Assembly: GCA_965644315.1 (NCBI GenBank)
Contig: CBFFRQ010000043.1
Location: forward strand, 558,001-622,000
Reading direction: 5' to 3'
From: Caecitellus pseudoparvulus
Lineage: Eukaryota > Protista > Bigyra: Bicosoecida
DNA: 64,000 nucleotides
Part shown: in pieces, positions 47,369-57,638 of the stretch
How positions within the stretch are numbered: position 1 is the first letter of the stretch
Layout of the letters: each line of letters opens with the position of its first letter
The notes under the pieces: model-generated
Database searches by the model: none
Told to the model about the DNA's origin: nothing
The model's input: only the letters and a program-made list of their open reading frames with translations
Translations under genes and position numbers: made by a program

Positions 47369-48463
47369 TCACAGCTTCGTGAGCTTTGTGAGCCACTCCT
47401 TCAAGCTGGCGTCATTGCTTGCGGAAGCCAGGAAGTGCCCGTCGCGCAGCTTGGGGTGCAGGGTCTGCCGCAGGGCTTGCCGGGCCTTCTCGTGCTCCGC
47501 CAAGCAGTCGAAGCACCGCACGACCTGCTTCAACAGGCGGTTGCTCGGGGCCTTCACCAGCGCCTCGATCATGTGGTGCAGGACGGTGTTCACTGCGCTT
47601 GGGGCGGGCGGGCGAGCTGTGCGAGCGCTGGGTCCTCCCGCGGAGGCAGCCCCACGCACCTGCGTAGAACCGCTCGCCGGTGGCGCAAATGTACTTGAGC
47701 CCCGCATCGTCCAGGAGGATTTTCTGCACGATGAACGTGGCCACCTGGGGCGCAGGGGGCAGGGGGACGTGAGCCATTGAAGTGGAGAACGGAGCTGTGC
47801 TCCGACGCACTGTCTTGGACAGGTCCGAGCCAGACTCCATGATGCGCAGGCACAGCGGGATGATCTCTGTTTGTAACAAGAAGCTGACGACATCTTTGTC
47901 GTCTTGCTGCGTGGGGGCGGGCGGGAATCAGGGGTGCAGCACGGCCAGGCCAGCTGCAGCACACACAGCCCTACCTTCACCAGCGCCCCAATGACGCCGA
48001 GGGAGGTCAACCTCAAGTACTCAAAGGGTTTCTCCTGATTCAGTGTGTTGAGGAAGGGGTATAAGTACAGGGGAATGTGAGCTGTGGGGAAGGCGGGAGG
48101 GCGTGGGCCGCAGCGCTGCGCTGGCGTTTCGGCGTGCACCAGCCCACCTGCCAAGAACTTCTGCCTCGTCTCCTGGTGACTGGCCACGCTCTGCAACAAT
48201 GCCAGCGCGTTGCAGACGCGATTGCTCGCGACCCGAGTCAGGGTCGGCGGCTGCAGGGCTGGGTAGATGGCCACCACCTCCTGCAGCAGCACAGCGACAG
48301 AGCCGAAAGAGTGCCACAGCAGCGGTGCAAGGTAGGGGATGCTCTCCCGCTTCTTGCTCAGCTTCAGCAGCGCAGTGGCCCGCGAAGAAGGCTCGAGAAG
48401 CTGCTTCACCAGAGCAGCCACCTCTGCCTCCTCTTGCTTGTCGCTGGAGGCAGCAGCGGCCAT
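47369..48463 (-). CDS. CNOT9: CCR4-NOT subunit 9 (Rcd1/Caf40), spliced
   Basis: [88 protein letters not shown]. Confidence 0.96.
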   Translation of the reverse strand: MAAAASSDKQEEAEVAALVKQLLEPSSRATALLKLSKKRESIPYLAPLLWHSFGSVAVLLQEVVAIYPALQPPTLTRVASNRVCNALALLQSVASHQETRQKFLAGGLVHAETPAQRCGPRPPAFPTAHIPLYLYPFLNTLNQEKPFEYLRLTSLGVIGALVKVGLCVLQLAWPCCTPDSRPPPRSKTTKMSSASCYKQRSSRCACASWSLARTCPRQCVGAQLRSPLQWLTSPCPLRPRWPRSSCRKSSWTMRGSSTFAPPASGSTQVRGAASAGGPSARTARPPAPSAVNTVLHHMIEALVKAPSNRLLKQVVRCFDCLAEHEKARQALRQTLHPKLRDGHFLASASNDASLKEWLTKLTKL

Positions 48464-48628
48464 GTAGGGCGAGTGCGGATTTTGCTGTGTGCTGGGAGGG
48501 GGCGGGTCTCACGCAAGTGCCAGGTGCACGGTGTCTGTCTCTTGCACGTCCTCATGAAGTGGCGGGGGGGGCTCGTGGGCATGTGGATTTGCCACTACGC
48601 TGCATTTGCCTCCACGCGAAGCGCTGCA

Positions 48629-49854
48629 TCACTGAGCAGGCCTCCCGCCGCTGGCGCCGGCAGGCACAGCCCCAGCGTCTTGCCGGTCTTCCCACCTGTC
48701 ATCGCCCCTGCTGGGCCCCGGGCCACTGCGATCCATGCTTCGGCGGTCATTTCCATCCCGCCTGAAGTCCCTGTCCCTGCTGCGGCTTCGGCCGTAGGGG
48801 GACCTGCTGGGCCGCCGGCCATCCCGGTCATCCCGCCCGCCGCCATACCGGTCCCTGGGCGGGGAGCGGGAACGGTGGCGGAAGTCACGCCGGTCGTCGT
48901 ACCGGTCCCCGCCCCGACGGAAGTCGCGCCTGTCATCATACCCGCCTCGGCGGAAGTCACGCCGGTCGTCGTATCCACCCCGACGGAAGTCACGCCGGTC
49001 ATCGTACCCGCCTCTGCGATCATCGTACCCGCCCCCTCGAGGTGGGCCGTCAAAGTGCCTGCGGGGGGGGCCAAGGAACCGCCCACCACCGCCTCCTCCG
49101 CGCACGTCGTGGGCAAAGCCCAGTGTGGCCGGCGCGAAGCGCTCGTTCTTGCCGTAGCTGGGTGCCTCCTTCTGCAGCTCCTCGAAGAAGTCCTTGGGGA
49201 TGGCCTTGGGGTGCCCGAAGTTGCAGTTGAACCCGAACCGGCACTGGCCCGTGAAGAACTGACGGCAGGTTGCAGCCTTGAAGTCAGAGGCGTTGGTGAG
49301 CTCCCCCTGCACGACGCGGCCGCCGTACCACCTGCCGTTCAGGTTCTCCAGGCACGCCTGGGCGTCCTCCTCCCGGAAAAACTTGATGTACACGTGCCCG
49401 ATCAAGTGGTCTGCGAGGTTGTCGAACACCATGAAATCGTCCACCTCCCCGAACTCGGACGCCTCCATGAAGATGTCCTCCGTAAAGTCCAGAAACTGCG
49501 GGGGTGGACCGACCCGTGCCACGCGGAAATCGAGCAGACAGCCCAGCACACGCACGCTTTCGAGGACGTCCTCGTCCTTGACCCGGTCAGGGTTGTCCCC
49601 GGCCGCCATCACATGCCCCTTGGGGTTGTTGTACAGCTGCCTGAACATGACCGTCGTGGACATGCGCGGGGCAATGTGCTTGCGGCTGCACCGTGCGCCG
49701 TGCCTGCACGCTCCAATCTTGAGGTAGAACGGGCAGTTCACCCTGCGGGCAAGGCGAAGAGCAACGCGCTGCAGGAAGGTGCACCCAAACATGCACAACA
49801 TGCCACGCACCGATCCATCTCACTGCCGAACTGCTTCGCCATCTTGTGCGCCAT
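48629..49854 (-). CDS. U2AF1: U2AF small subunit (U2AF35) with RD/RS tail (spliced)
   Basis: GSEMDR|VNCPFYLKIGACRHG.RCSRKH (zinc finger 1), UHM DNLADHLIGHVY.KF, zinc finger 2 ATCRQF..GQC.FG.NCNF.H. Confidence 0.94.
48879..49035 (-). repeat. ~33-bp coding repeat GGYDDRRDFRR x ~4
   Basis: Repeated gaagtcacgccggtcgtcgta-type units on the + strand. Confidence 0.85.
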
Positions 49855-50147
49855 GGCTGCTGGAAGTGTGCCGAAGCTGGCGAGGCAATTTCCGCTACAA
49901 CGTCGCTGCCCAGACCAACGCTGGAGCAGAGGCTTCAAGCCTCGGAAGTGCCCACTGCTAGCGGAAATAAGATGTGGACAGGCAGCTGGATTTTTGTACC
50001 TGCTGCTCGTGATTTGGCTGCGTGGCGGGACTGGCAGAGGTGAAGCGACTCACAGCACACACCCTCGCGCGGAGCAGCCCAGCGCGAAACCAACGCACTT
50101 TGGCGAAGAGCAAGGAAATGGATGTATTGGTAGAGAGGATTGCGGCA

Positions 50148-51197
50148 CTATCTTGCGCGCCGTTTGGCATCACTGGCCCTGGAGCCGTCCTTGAACAGCT
50201 CACCAGTGTACTGGCCCTTCAACATCGTCGCAGCCTTGTAGGCATCCTTATGAGCCCTCGCCTCGTACGTGGAGCCCGTGGCAGCATACCCCACGCGCGG
50301 CTCCAGCGTCACACGCAAGCGGTCAGCGGGCTGCTGCATGAAGGCGGCGTAGCCTCCCCCCCCAAGTGGATGCACACTGGCCGGCGTCGTGCTGGCTCCG
50401 CCAAGCACTGTCGGTCCCCACGCCGCCTCTGGGAACGGCTCTCCGAAAGGCTGCTGCCGAGCCCAACCCGGCAAAGAGGCGCTGTCCATGGCAGACGGGA
50501 AGTGGGCCCACGGACCCTGTGCCCGGTCCAGCACGGCACAGGCGATGGGGGCGCAGCGTGGCACAAAGTCCTTCGCCTCCACTCCGCCCTGCACACCGTA
50601 CTGCCTGGCTGCGCGCTGCACTGTGGCTGCACGGGCAGCGTGGCGCGGGTGGGAGGCGGCAGCCCCCTGCGCCTGCAGCACCACTGGAGCCGCCACTGCG
50701 TGCTGCAGGAATGCGCTAAACTCAGCGTCAGCTTGGTCGCGGGCCCTGGCACCCGCTGATTTGCTGGGAGCCGTGCTGCCAGTCATGTACTGAGCCGGTC
50801 CAGTCCAGAGTGGCCGAGCGGCATGAGCAGGCTGGGCAGGCGCCACGGTCTGCACCGATGCAGGGGGCGGTGTGGACGGAGATGGGCTGCCAGAGCCGGG
50901 AGAAGCAGGCTGCGCGACAGATGGTTTCACCAGGTGCTGTGGCAGAGCATGCTGCACTGCCTCTGCCAGAGCCGCTGGCAGAGCGAGCCCCGCGTCAGCT
51001 TCGGCCAGGCGCTTGGCCAGAACTTCGTCAGCTTGACTCGCCTCGTCGTCCTCCTCCAGAGCCTTGGCAGCTGCAGCAGCCTGCTCAGCGGCAGTTTGAC
51101 GATCGGCTGCGCAGGGGTGTAAGTTTCCCGCCACAACTGCTGTGATGGCCGTCAACCGCCGCCGGCCGATGGGCATCTGAGCCAGAGCAGCCTTCAT
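50148..51197 (-). CDS. Hypothetical protein
   Basis: Long ORF (50148-51359) with genome-typical codon usage. Probable start MKAALAQM. No domain recognised. Confidence 0.5.
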   Translation of the reverse strand: MKAALAQMPIGRRRLTAITAVVAGNLHPCAADRQTAAEQAAAAAKALEEDDEASQADEVLAKRLAEADAGLALPAALAEAVQHALPQHLVKPSVAQPASPGSGSPSPSTPPPASVQTVAPAQPAHAARPLWTGPAQYMTGSTAPSKSAGARARDQADAEFSAFLQHAVAAPVVLQAQGAAASHPRHAARAATVQRAARQYGVQGGVEAKDFVPRCAPIACAVLDRAQGPWAHFPSAMDSASLPGWARQQPFGEPFPEAAWGPTVLGGASTTPASVHPLGGGGYAAFMQQPADRLRVTLEPRVGYAATGSTYEARAHKDAYKAATMLKGQYTGELFKDGSRASDAKRRAR

Positions 51198-51981
51198 GTC
51201 TTCCTCCCCTGCCACCAACGAGCCTGGCGAAAATGACGGAGGGAGGGGGGTGAAAAAACGCGAAATTACACATAAAAAGCCAGTCCTCTGTCCCACACTG
51301 CGCCACCACGCACCTCTGTGCCGAGCCGCTCGAGCAGCGGAATTACCGAGCGCGTGCAAATCTGCAAAGGCAAAACCCCGGCCAAGTCAGCGTTGGCGCG
51401 CGAAGAGCGTCTCAACGAGCACAGCAAGCAGCCTTACACTTGATAACCACATCGACCAACACGTTCACCGCCTGTGAGTCTGCGATATGAATGCTGGAGC
51501 AGGCCAGTGTCTCCAACACTGCCTGTCGAAGAGCAGCGTGCTGGGCGTCGCTGACTGCCATCGCGCTCCCCCTTGGACCTGCAATGCGTCAACCACGATA
51601 GAGTATAGGCAGCACTGGTGAGTATTCGGTTGGTGTTGAAAGTGAATATTTGGCTCAGTCTCGAAGTTGGGAGGAGGCGTGGCCAGCACCGACCAAACCA
51701 CATACACAATGCCCCAATGCCCCAAACTGCACTTCACCCCGTGACGACGCAGGCATACCATGTCACTGCACAATCGCCCATCAGTGTGCCTGGTGCCTCG
51801 TCTTCACTCTTGGCCGCCACAGGTGAGCATGCGCTGGTGCAAGTGCGGAAGTTGCACCCTCACAAGTCAAGCACGACAACGCCTCCCCGCCACACCAACA
51901 CACGCGCCCACTGCTTCCACCCCACAGGAGCTTGCTGCATAGCACTGCCATACCCGATCAGACCCCCTGCGATCCATCGCC

Positions 51982-54900
51982 ATGGTGCGTGGGCGTTGGC
52001 ATGGCGCTTCGCTTTCGCCAGCACTTGCGCCACAGCGTGTCGCACACACACCACAGCACACAGCGCCTCGCTCCTCCCCCATGCCACAGGCGGCAGCCAC
52101 AGGACAAGCCATGGACGGCAGTGCAAGAACCACTGAACGTATCGATCACAGGCTGGCTAAGGTGGTGGCGGCATGCTTGGGCAAGTTGAAGTGCCTTCCA
52201 GGCAGAGTCATGGACCACGGCCCCGCACTGCGAGGACTGGCAGCCATTGGGCGCGGCGAAGCGCCTGTTGCAGGTCATGACACCCCATCGGCCATGAGCC
52301 TGGTGGAGCTGGAGGCTGCACTGCGTGATGCGGGGAGTGCGCTGCTGGAGCAGGCTGGGCTGTTGGCGGGGCAGCGTGAGCGAGGTGGTGTGTGTGCTGC
52401 GCTGCAGTACCTGTCGTTCCGGTGCTTCACTGCGGTGGATGTGCTGCATCAGGCGACATCTGGTGTGAGTACCGATGCAGTGCCGGAGGGTGACGCATTG
52501 TGGGGCGCCATTGTGGGTGCTTGGGGCAGTGTGCGGAGCGGCGTGAATGTGGAGGGTGCGCTGGCTGACCTGACGCGATGGTGGCAAGGTTTTGAGGAGG
52601 GGGGGGTGGATGTGGCTGGTGGGAGTGGCCCTGTCACACATGATGCGGGTGGCGTGGCTGCGACGGATGCGGCTCAGGCTGGCATATGGCAGCAGGCTGA
52701 GTGGCTGCGAGGCGAGGCGGCAGGCGAATTGATGAGTGAGAGTGCTGCGGTGCACTTGGAGTGTGCAATGAGTGCGGTGGAGGAGCTGCGTGGACTGCTG
52801 GGGTGTGGGCCGGTGATGAGTGGCCGGAAGGTGAAGGCTGTGGGTGGGCTGGACTTGTCGGGCGGCTTGGAGTGCCTGAACGGCAAGGGGGTGAGTGTGT
52901 ACAGTGGACTGAGTGAGATCGTGGATGAGAACATTGGAGAAGCTGACGTTGTGGAACAGTGGGCAGCAAGTGTGGAGGCGGGTGCGAGGGCGCTTGCCAC
53001 GAGTGTTGGCGCTGTGAAGCGTGGCGAAGCGGCTCGCATCGCCCATGGCTTGCCGCGGATGTCGCAGAAGTTACGCAAGCTCGCGCTGGCTCACATTTGT
53101 GGTGGCAGTCATGCTGATGAACCCATTGGCGAGCGGAGCAGTGTCACGGTGCAGGTGCAATGTGAGGCGGGGTGGCCGCTGAGGTTGTTCCTGGAGGATG
53201 AAGCGTGGGGCAATGTTGAGCTGGATGTGAAGCAGCGCGTGGCTGTGCGGGTGCTGGGGGCGTGTGCTGTGGCGGAGGCGTGCGGAGTGAGTCTGAGTGA
53301 TGTGAGTGTGGGGAGCTTTGTGGTGGTGGGCATGAAGAGTGGCAGTGTGGGTGATCTGGTGGGCGCACTGGATGGAGGTGGGGTTGAAGTTTTGCTGAGT
53401 GTGTGTGGCGGTGTGTGGGGCACAGGTCGCACTGATGGTGGCAGCCGTGGTGGTGAGGGTGGTGGTGTGTTGGGTGTGTTGCATGAGGTGCTTGGTGTGG
53501 GAGGTGGTGCGTGGGTCGGCAGATCGGGCATTGGGTCAAGCTTCGTCGGCAGCGGTGAAGGTGGCGAACATGCACTGTCGAGCGCGTTGGAGGTGTTGGC
53601 GCGGGGAGGGGGTGGTTGCTGCATGGGTGCGTATGCGATGGCATGTGAAGGAAGTGGAGGTGGTGTGGGTCGCTTGTCAGGTGTGGACAGTGCTGTACGG
53701 AGCTGGCTTGATCGAGAGCAGGCAGCTGCTGCGGCAGGTCAGGTGTTGGCAGCCCAATCCGAGGCAGTTATGGCGCAGGCGGCCGAGGTTGATGCAGCTT
53801 CAACTGTGCAGCCAGAGTCTACTTCTGAGCAGGGAAGAATCAGTATGGTAAACACTGCTGCATTTGTGGCAGCGTGCCGAAAAGGGGAACTTGAGAAAGT
53901 GCGAGAGCTGCTTGCATTGATGGGGGGTGAGGCAGTAGATGTGCACGCGGCGGCATGGGGTGGACCTGAGGCCGCCTTCCGAGTGGCATGCGCAAGAGGC
54001 CACACACGTATCGTGCGCGAGCTTCTGGCCCTCACTGGAGCGCGGGAAGTGGATGTGCATGCGGGAAATTGGTATGGACCTGAGGCTGCCTTCCGACAGG
54101 CATGCGCCAATGGCCACACAGACATCGTGTTTGAGCTGTTGGCCCTCACCGGGGCGCGGGAGGTGGATGTGCACGCGGCGGATTGGGATGGACCCGAGGC
54201 CGCCTTCCGAGGGGCATGCGCAAGAGGCCATACAGACATCATGTATGTGCTGCTAAGCCTCACCGGGGCGCGAGAAGTGGATGTGCATGCGGCGGATGGG
54301 AATGGACCTGAGGCCGCCTTCCGGCTGGCATGCCGGGAGGGCCACACAGACATCGTGCATGCGCTGCTAAGCCTCACCGGGGCGCGAGAAGTGGATGTGC
54401 ATGCGGCGGCATGGCGTGGACCTGAGGCCGCCTTCCGAGTGGCATGCGAGGAGGGCCACACTGACATCGCGCGTGAGCTGCTAAGCCTCACAGGGGCGCG
54501 AGAAGTGGATGTGCATGCGGCGGACTGGCGTGGACCCGAGGCCGCCTTCCGAGAGGCATGCGAGGAGGGCCACACTGACATCGTGCGTGAGCTGCTAAGC
54601 CTCACAGGGGCGCGGGAAGTGGATGTGCACGCGGCTTTTGAGGATTTGCCTGAGACCGCCTTCGGAATGGCATGTGCCAATGGTTACACTGACATCGTGC
54701 GTGAGCTGCTAAGCCTCACTGGGGCGCGGGAAGTGGATGTGCATGCGGCGTATGGGGATTGGCCTGAGGCCGCATTCCGGGCCGCATGTGTCAATGGCAA
54801 CACAGACATCGTGCGTGAGCTGCTAAGCCTGACTGGGGCGCGGGAAGTGGATGTTCGTGCGGCAGATGGGGATCAGCCTGGAGTCATCTTCCGATGGGCA

Positions 54901-56766
54901 TGCGAGGAGGGCCACACAGACATCGCGCGTGAGCTGCTAAGCCTCACAGGGGCGCGAGAGGTGGTTGTGCACGCGGCGGATGGGCATGGACCTGAGGCCG
55001 CCTTCCGAGAGGCCTGTGACTGGGGCTACACAGACATTGTACGCGAGCTGTTGGGCCTTACTGGGGCGCAGGAAGTGGATGTGCACGCGGCGGATGGAGA
55101 TGGACCCGAGGCCGCCTTCCGGAGGGCATGCCATAGGGGCCACACAGACATCGTGCGTGAGCTGCTTAGCCTCAGTGGTGAGCGGGAAGTGGATGTGCAT
55201 GCGGGAAATTGGAATGGACGTGAGGCTGCCTTCCGAGACGCATGCCGTTTTGGCCACGTTCCGATCGTGCGGGAGCTTGTGGGACTGGGTGGCCGCAGGA
55301 AAGTTGATGTGCACGCAGCAGATAGGTGTGGACCTGAGGCCGCCTTCCGAGACGCATGCAACAATGGCCACGTAACTGTCGTGCGTGAGCTGCTCTCCCT
55401 TTCCGGGGCCAGTGAAGTGGACGTGCATGCGGCATCTGGGGGCGGACCTGAAGCTGCCTTCCGAGACGCGTGCACCAATGGACGCACCGCCATCGTGCGT
55501 GAGCTGCTCGCACTCACTGGAAAACGTCAAGTGGACGTGCATGCGGCAGCTTGGGGTGGACCTGAAGCTGCACTTCGAGGCGCATGCGCAAGGGGCCACA
55601 CACGTATCGTGCGCGAGCTGCTGGCCCTCTCTGGGGAACGTGAAGTGGATGTTCATGCGGCGGATGAGGATGGACCTGAGGCCGCCTTCCGAGAGGCATG
55701 CGCCAATGGCCACACAGATACCGTGCGCGAGCTGCTGGCCCTCGCTGGGGAACGTGAAGTGGATGTTCATGCGGCAGATGAGGTTGGATCTGAGGCTGCC
55801 TTTCGAAAGGCCTGCGCACATGGAAACTCGGACATCATGGATGAGCTGCTGGGCCTCACTGGGGCGCGGGAAGTGGATGTGCATGCGGCGGCATGGGGTG
55901 GACCTGAGGCCGCCTTCCGACTGGCTTGTGCCAATGGCCATGCAGACATAATATCCAAGCTGTTGAGTCTCATTGGGGAGCGGGAAGTTGATGTGCACGC
56001 AGCGGATGGGGACGGGCCTGAGGCAGCCTTCCGAGCCGCGTGCGCTCATGGTCGCATAGGCGTCGTGCGTGAGCTGCTGGCCCTCACTGGGGCGCGGGAA
56101 GTCGATGTGCACGCGTCGGATAAAGATGGACCTGAGGCAGCCTTCCGAGCCGCGTGCGCTCATGGTCGCATAGGCGTCGTGCGTGAGCTGCTGGCCCTCA
56201 CTGGGGCGCGGGAAGTCGATGTGCACGCGTCGGATAAAGATGGACCTGAGGCAGCCTTCCGAGAAGCATGCGCAAGGGGTCACACAGACATCGTACGTGC
56301 GCTTCTGGGTCTGACTGGGGCCCGAGAGGTGGATGTGCATGCGGCGGATGGGAATGGACCTGAGGCCGCCTTCCGAATGGCATGCATCAATCTTCGCAAA
56401 GGCATCGTACGTGAGTTGTTAACCCAAAGTGGGGATCGAAGGATCCCTGAGAGCGTGCTGCAGAAACAAGTGGCAAGATTCCCGTGGTTGGACAAGTACA
56501 CGCGCCCTGCGAGTTTTCCCTGCAGTATGCAAACAACTGTCCAGCGGCCCCTATCTCTCCCCGTACCCCACCCAAACACCAGCGCAGCTGACAACCCGCG
56601 CAGCCTCGGCAGCCGCCCACCGATGCCCCCCCCTCCTCCCCACCCCCTGGGCGCTCCTCGGACTGGTGCCAGGAGTGCCTCTCCACCTCCTGGGGCAGTT
56701 GATTTGCAAGAGCTCATAAGGCAACGGCAAGCAAAGATGGACTGCACGGACAGTCAGTCAAGCTGA
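51982..56766 (+). CDS. Variable ankyrin-array protein A: ~600-aa N-terminal region, N-cap, 22 x 38-aa ankyrin repeats, Pro-rich tail
   Basis: ATG 51982 is probably followed by intron 51985-52089 (gtgcgt...ccacag). Repeats VDVHAxxxxGPEAAFRxACxxGHTDIVRELLxLTGARE. Confidence 0.9.
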   Translation: MVRGRWHGASLSPALAPQRVAHTPQHTAPRSSPMPQAAATGQAMDGSARTTERIDHRLAKVVAACLGKLKCLPGRVMDHGPALRGLAAIGRGEAPVAGHDTPSAMSLVELEAALRDAGSALLEQAGLLAGQRERGGVCAALQYLSFRCFTAVDVLHQATSGVSTDAVPEGDALWGAIVGAWGSVRSGVNVEGALADLTRWWQGFEEGGVDVAGGSGPVTHDAGGVAATDAAQAGIWQQAEWLRGEAAGELMSESAAVHLECAMSAVEELRGLLGCGPVMSGRKVKAVGGLDLSGGLECLNGKGVSVYSGLSEIVDENIGEADVVEQWAASVEAGARALATSVGAVKRGEAARIAHGLPRMSQKLRKLALAHICGGSHADEPIGERSSVTVQVQCEAGWPLRLFLEDEAWGNVELDVKQRVAVRVLGACAVAEACGVSLSDVSVGSFVVVGMKSGSVGDLVGALDGGGVEVLLSVCGGVWGTGRTDGGSRGGEGGGVLGVLHEVLGVGGGAWVGRSGIGSSFVGSGEGGEHALSSALEVLARGGGGCCMGAYAMACEGSGGGVGRLSGVDSAVRSWLDREQAAAAAGQVLAAQSEAVMAQAAEVDAASTVQPESTSEQGRISMVNTAAFVAACRKGELEKVRELLALMGGEAVDVHAAAWGGPEAAFRVACARGHTRIVRELLALTGAREVDVHAGNWYGPEAAFRQACANGHTDIVFELLALTGAREVDVHAADWDGPEAAFRGACARGHTDIMYVLLSLTGAREVDVHAADGNGPEAAFRLACREGHTDIVHALLSLTGAREVDVHAAAWRGPEAAFRVACEEGHTDIARELLSLTGAREVDVHAADWRGPEAAFREACEEGHTDIVRELLSLTGAREVDVHAAFEDLPETAFGMACANGYTDIVRELLSLTGAREVDVHAAYGDWPEAAFRAACVNGNTDIVRELLSLTGAREVDVRAADGDQPGVIFRWACEEGHTDIARELLSLTGAREVVVHAADGHGPEAAFREACDWGYTDIVRELLGLTGAQEVDVHAADGDGPEAAFRRACHRGHTDIVRELLSLSGEREVDVHAGNWNGREAAFRDACRFGHVPIVRELVGLGGRRKVDVHAADRCGPEAAFRDACNNGHVTVVRELLSLSGASEVDVHAASGGGPEAAFRDACTNGRTAIVRELLALTGKRQVDVHAAAWGGPEAALRGACARGHTRIVRELLALSGEREVDVHAADEDGPEAAFREACANGHTDTVRELLALAGEREVDVHAADEVGSEAAFRKACAHGNSDIMDELLGLTGAREVDVHAAAWGGPEAAFRLACANGHADIISKLLSLIGEREVDVHAADGDGPEAAFRAACAHGRIGVVRELLALTGAREVDVHASDKDGPEAAFRAACAHGRIGVVRELLALTGAREVDVHASDKDGPEAAFREACARGHTDIVRALLGLTGAREVDVHAADGNGPEAAFRMACINLRKGIVRELLTQSGDRRIPESVLQKQVARFPWLDKYTRPASFPCSMQTTVQRPLSLPVPHPNTSAADNPRSLGSRPPMPPPPPHPLGAPRTGARSASPPPGAVDLQELIRQRQAKMDCTDSQSS
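53935..56442 (+). repeat. Tandem array of 22 x 114-bp ankyrin-coding units
   Basis: Unit starts (gtggatgtgca..) recur at exact 114-nt spacing (53935, 54277, 54391 ... 56329) with no indels. Confidence 0.95.
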
Positions 56767-56930
56767 CCAGTGAATTCCCAGTGCGAGCCAATGCTAGTGC
56801 ATGCAACGGGGCATTCCTCACGCGCTCTCTGTGCCACCCTGACCCGTGTGGAAGCGGACACGGCCGCTGATGTTCGTGCTGGGCAGCTCATATCAAACGA
56901 ACTCTTCAAAGCAATGCACCACATCAGACT

Positions 56931-57638
56931 CTAGCACAATCGCTCATTCCCTTGCATGTCATGCACTGCAGCGCCGCCTGGCCTCCCCAACACCTCCGGA
57001 CGCAGGTGCAGGATCGGGCAGTCTGTCGGCAGCAGGGGGCCAGCGCACAGCGGCGTCGTCATCCACGCAGCAGCCTCGCCCTGCGACGACTCCGCTGACA
57101 CACCCACAGCCGCTGCGGCAGGGGCAGCTTCACACGCCCACCCCCGCACCAGCTCCACAAGCGGCGTGCAGGCTGGGAGGGCGGTGTCAGTGGCAGCCTC
57201 ACAGTCATGGGCCCATGTCGCGGTGGATGGGCCCACCAGCCACGTCACGTCACCCATCATGCCGGGTGGCCACTCGGCCGCCTCCACTGCCAGTGTCCGG
57301 AGCAGGCGCACGACAGTCCGCCGCACAGTGGACGAGGCTGACGCCAGGGACGTGCGCAGAGAGGGCGCCACCAGTTCCACCAGGAGCGCCAACGCCCCTG
57401 CAGCGGACCAGCCGCGTGCGTCATGGCCACGGCCCTCGTCCGCCCGAGCACACAGCGTGAAGAACGGCACGACTGGCAGGCACAGCGGGCACTGGGTGTG
57501 CTGTGCTGCCCACGAGCCGATGCGTCTTGCGAGGTGGCAGATGATGCCGTCCAGCACAGCGCCTGCTGTGGTGGATATGGCAGCGGCCCTGCCACACAGA
57601 TCAGTGCCCTCAACACTGTCTGGCCATGTGCAGCACAC
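56931..57638 (-). pseudogene. Possible gene fragment (HEAT-like) between the two ankyrin genes
   Basis: 235-aa ORF with host-like composition. LRTSLASASSTVRRTVVRLLRTL looks like a HEAT-repeat helix. No clear start or end context. Confidence 0.3.

Noticed and set aside
48077-50194. Long + strand ORF (705 aa) and similar long antisense ORFs (e.g. 1048-2289, 8216-9727, 13644-15254, 25704-27485)
   Set aside because: These are shadow ORFs opposite recognisable genes, expected at high GC.
53935-56442. CRISPR-like array (constant repeats with variable spacers)
   Set aside because: The units are an in-frame 114-bp protein-coding ankyrin repeat in a eukaryotic gene. There are no cas genes, and the variable parts are only a few codons.
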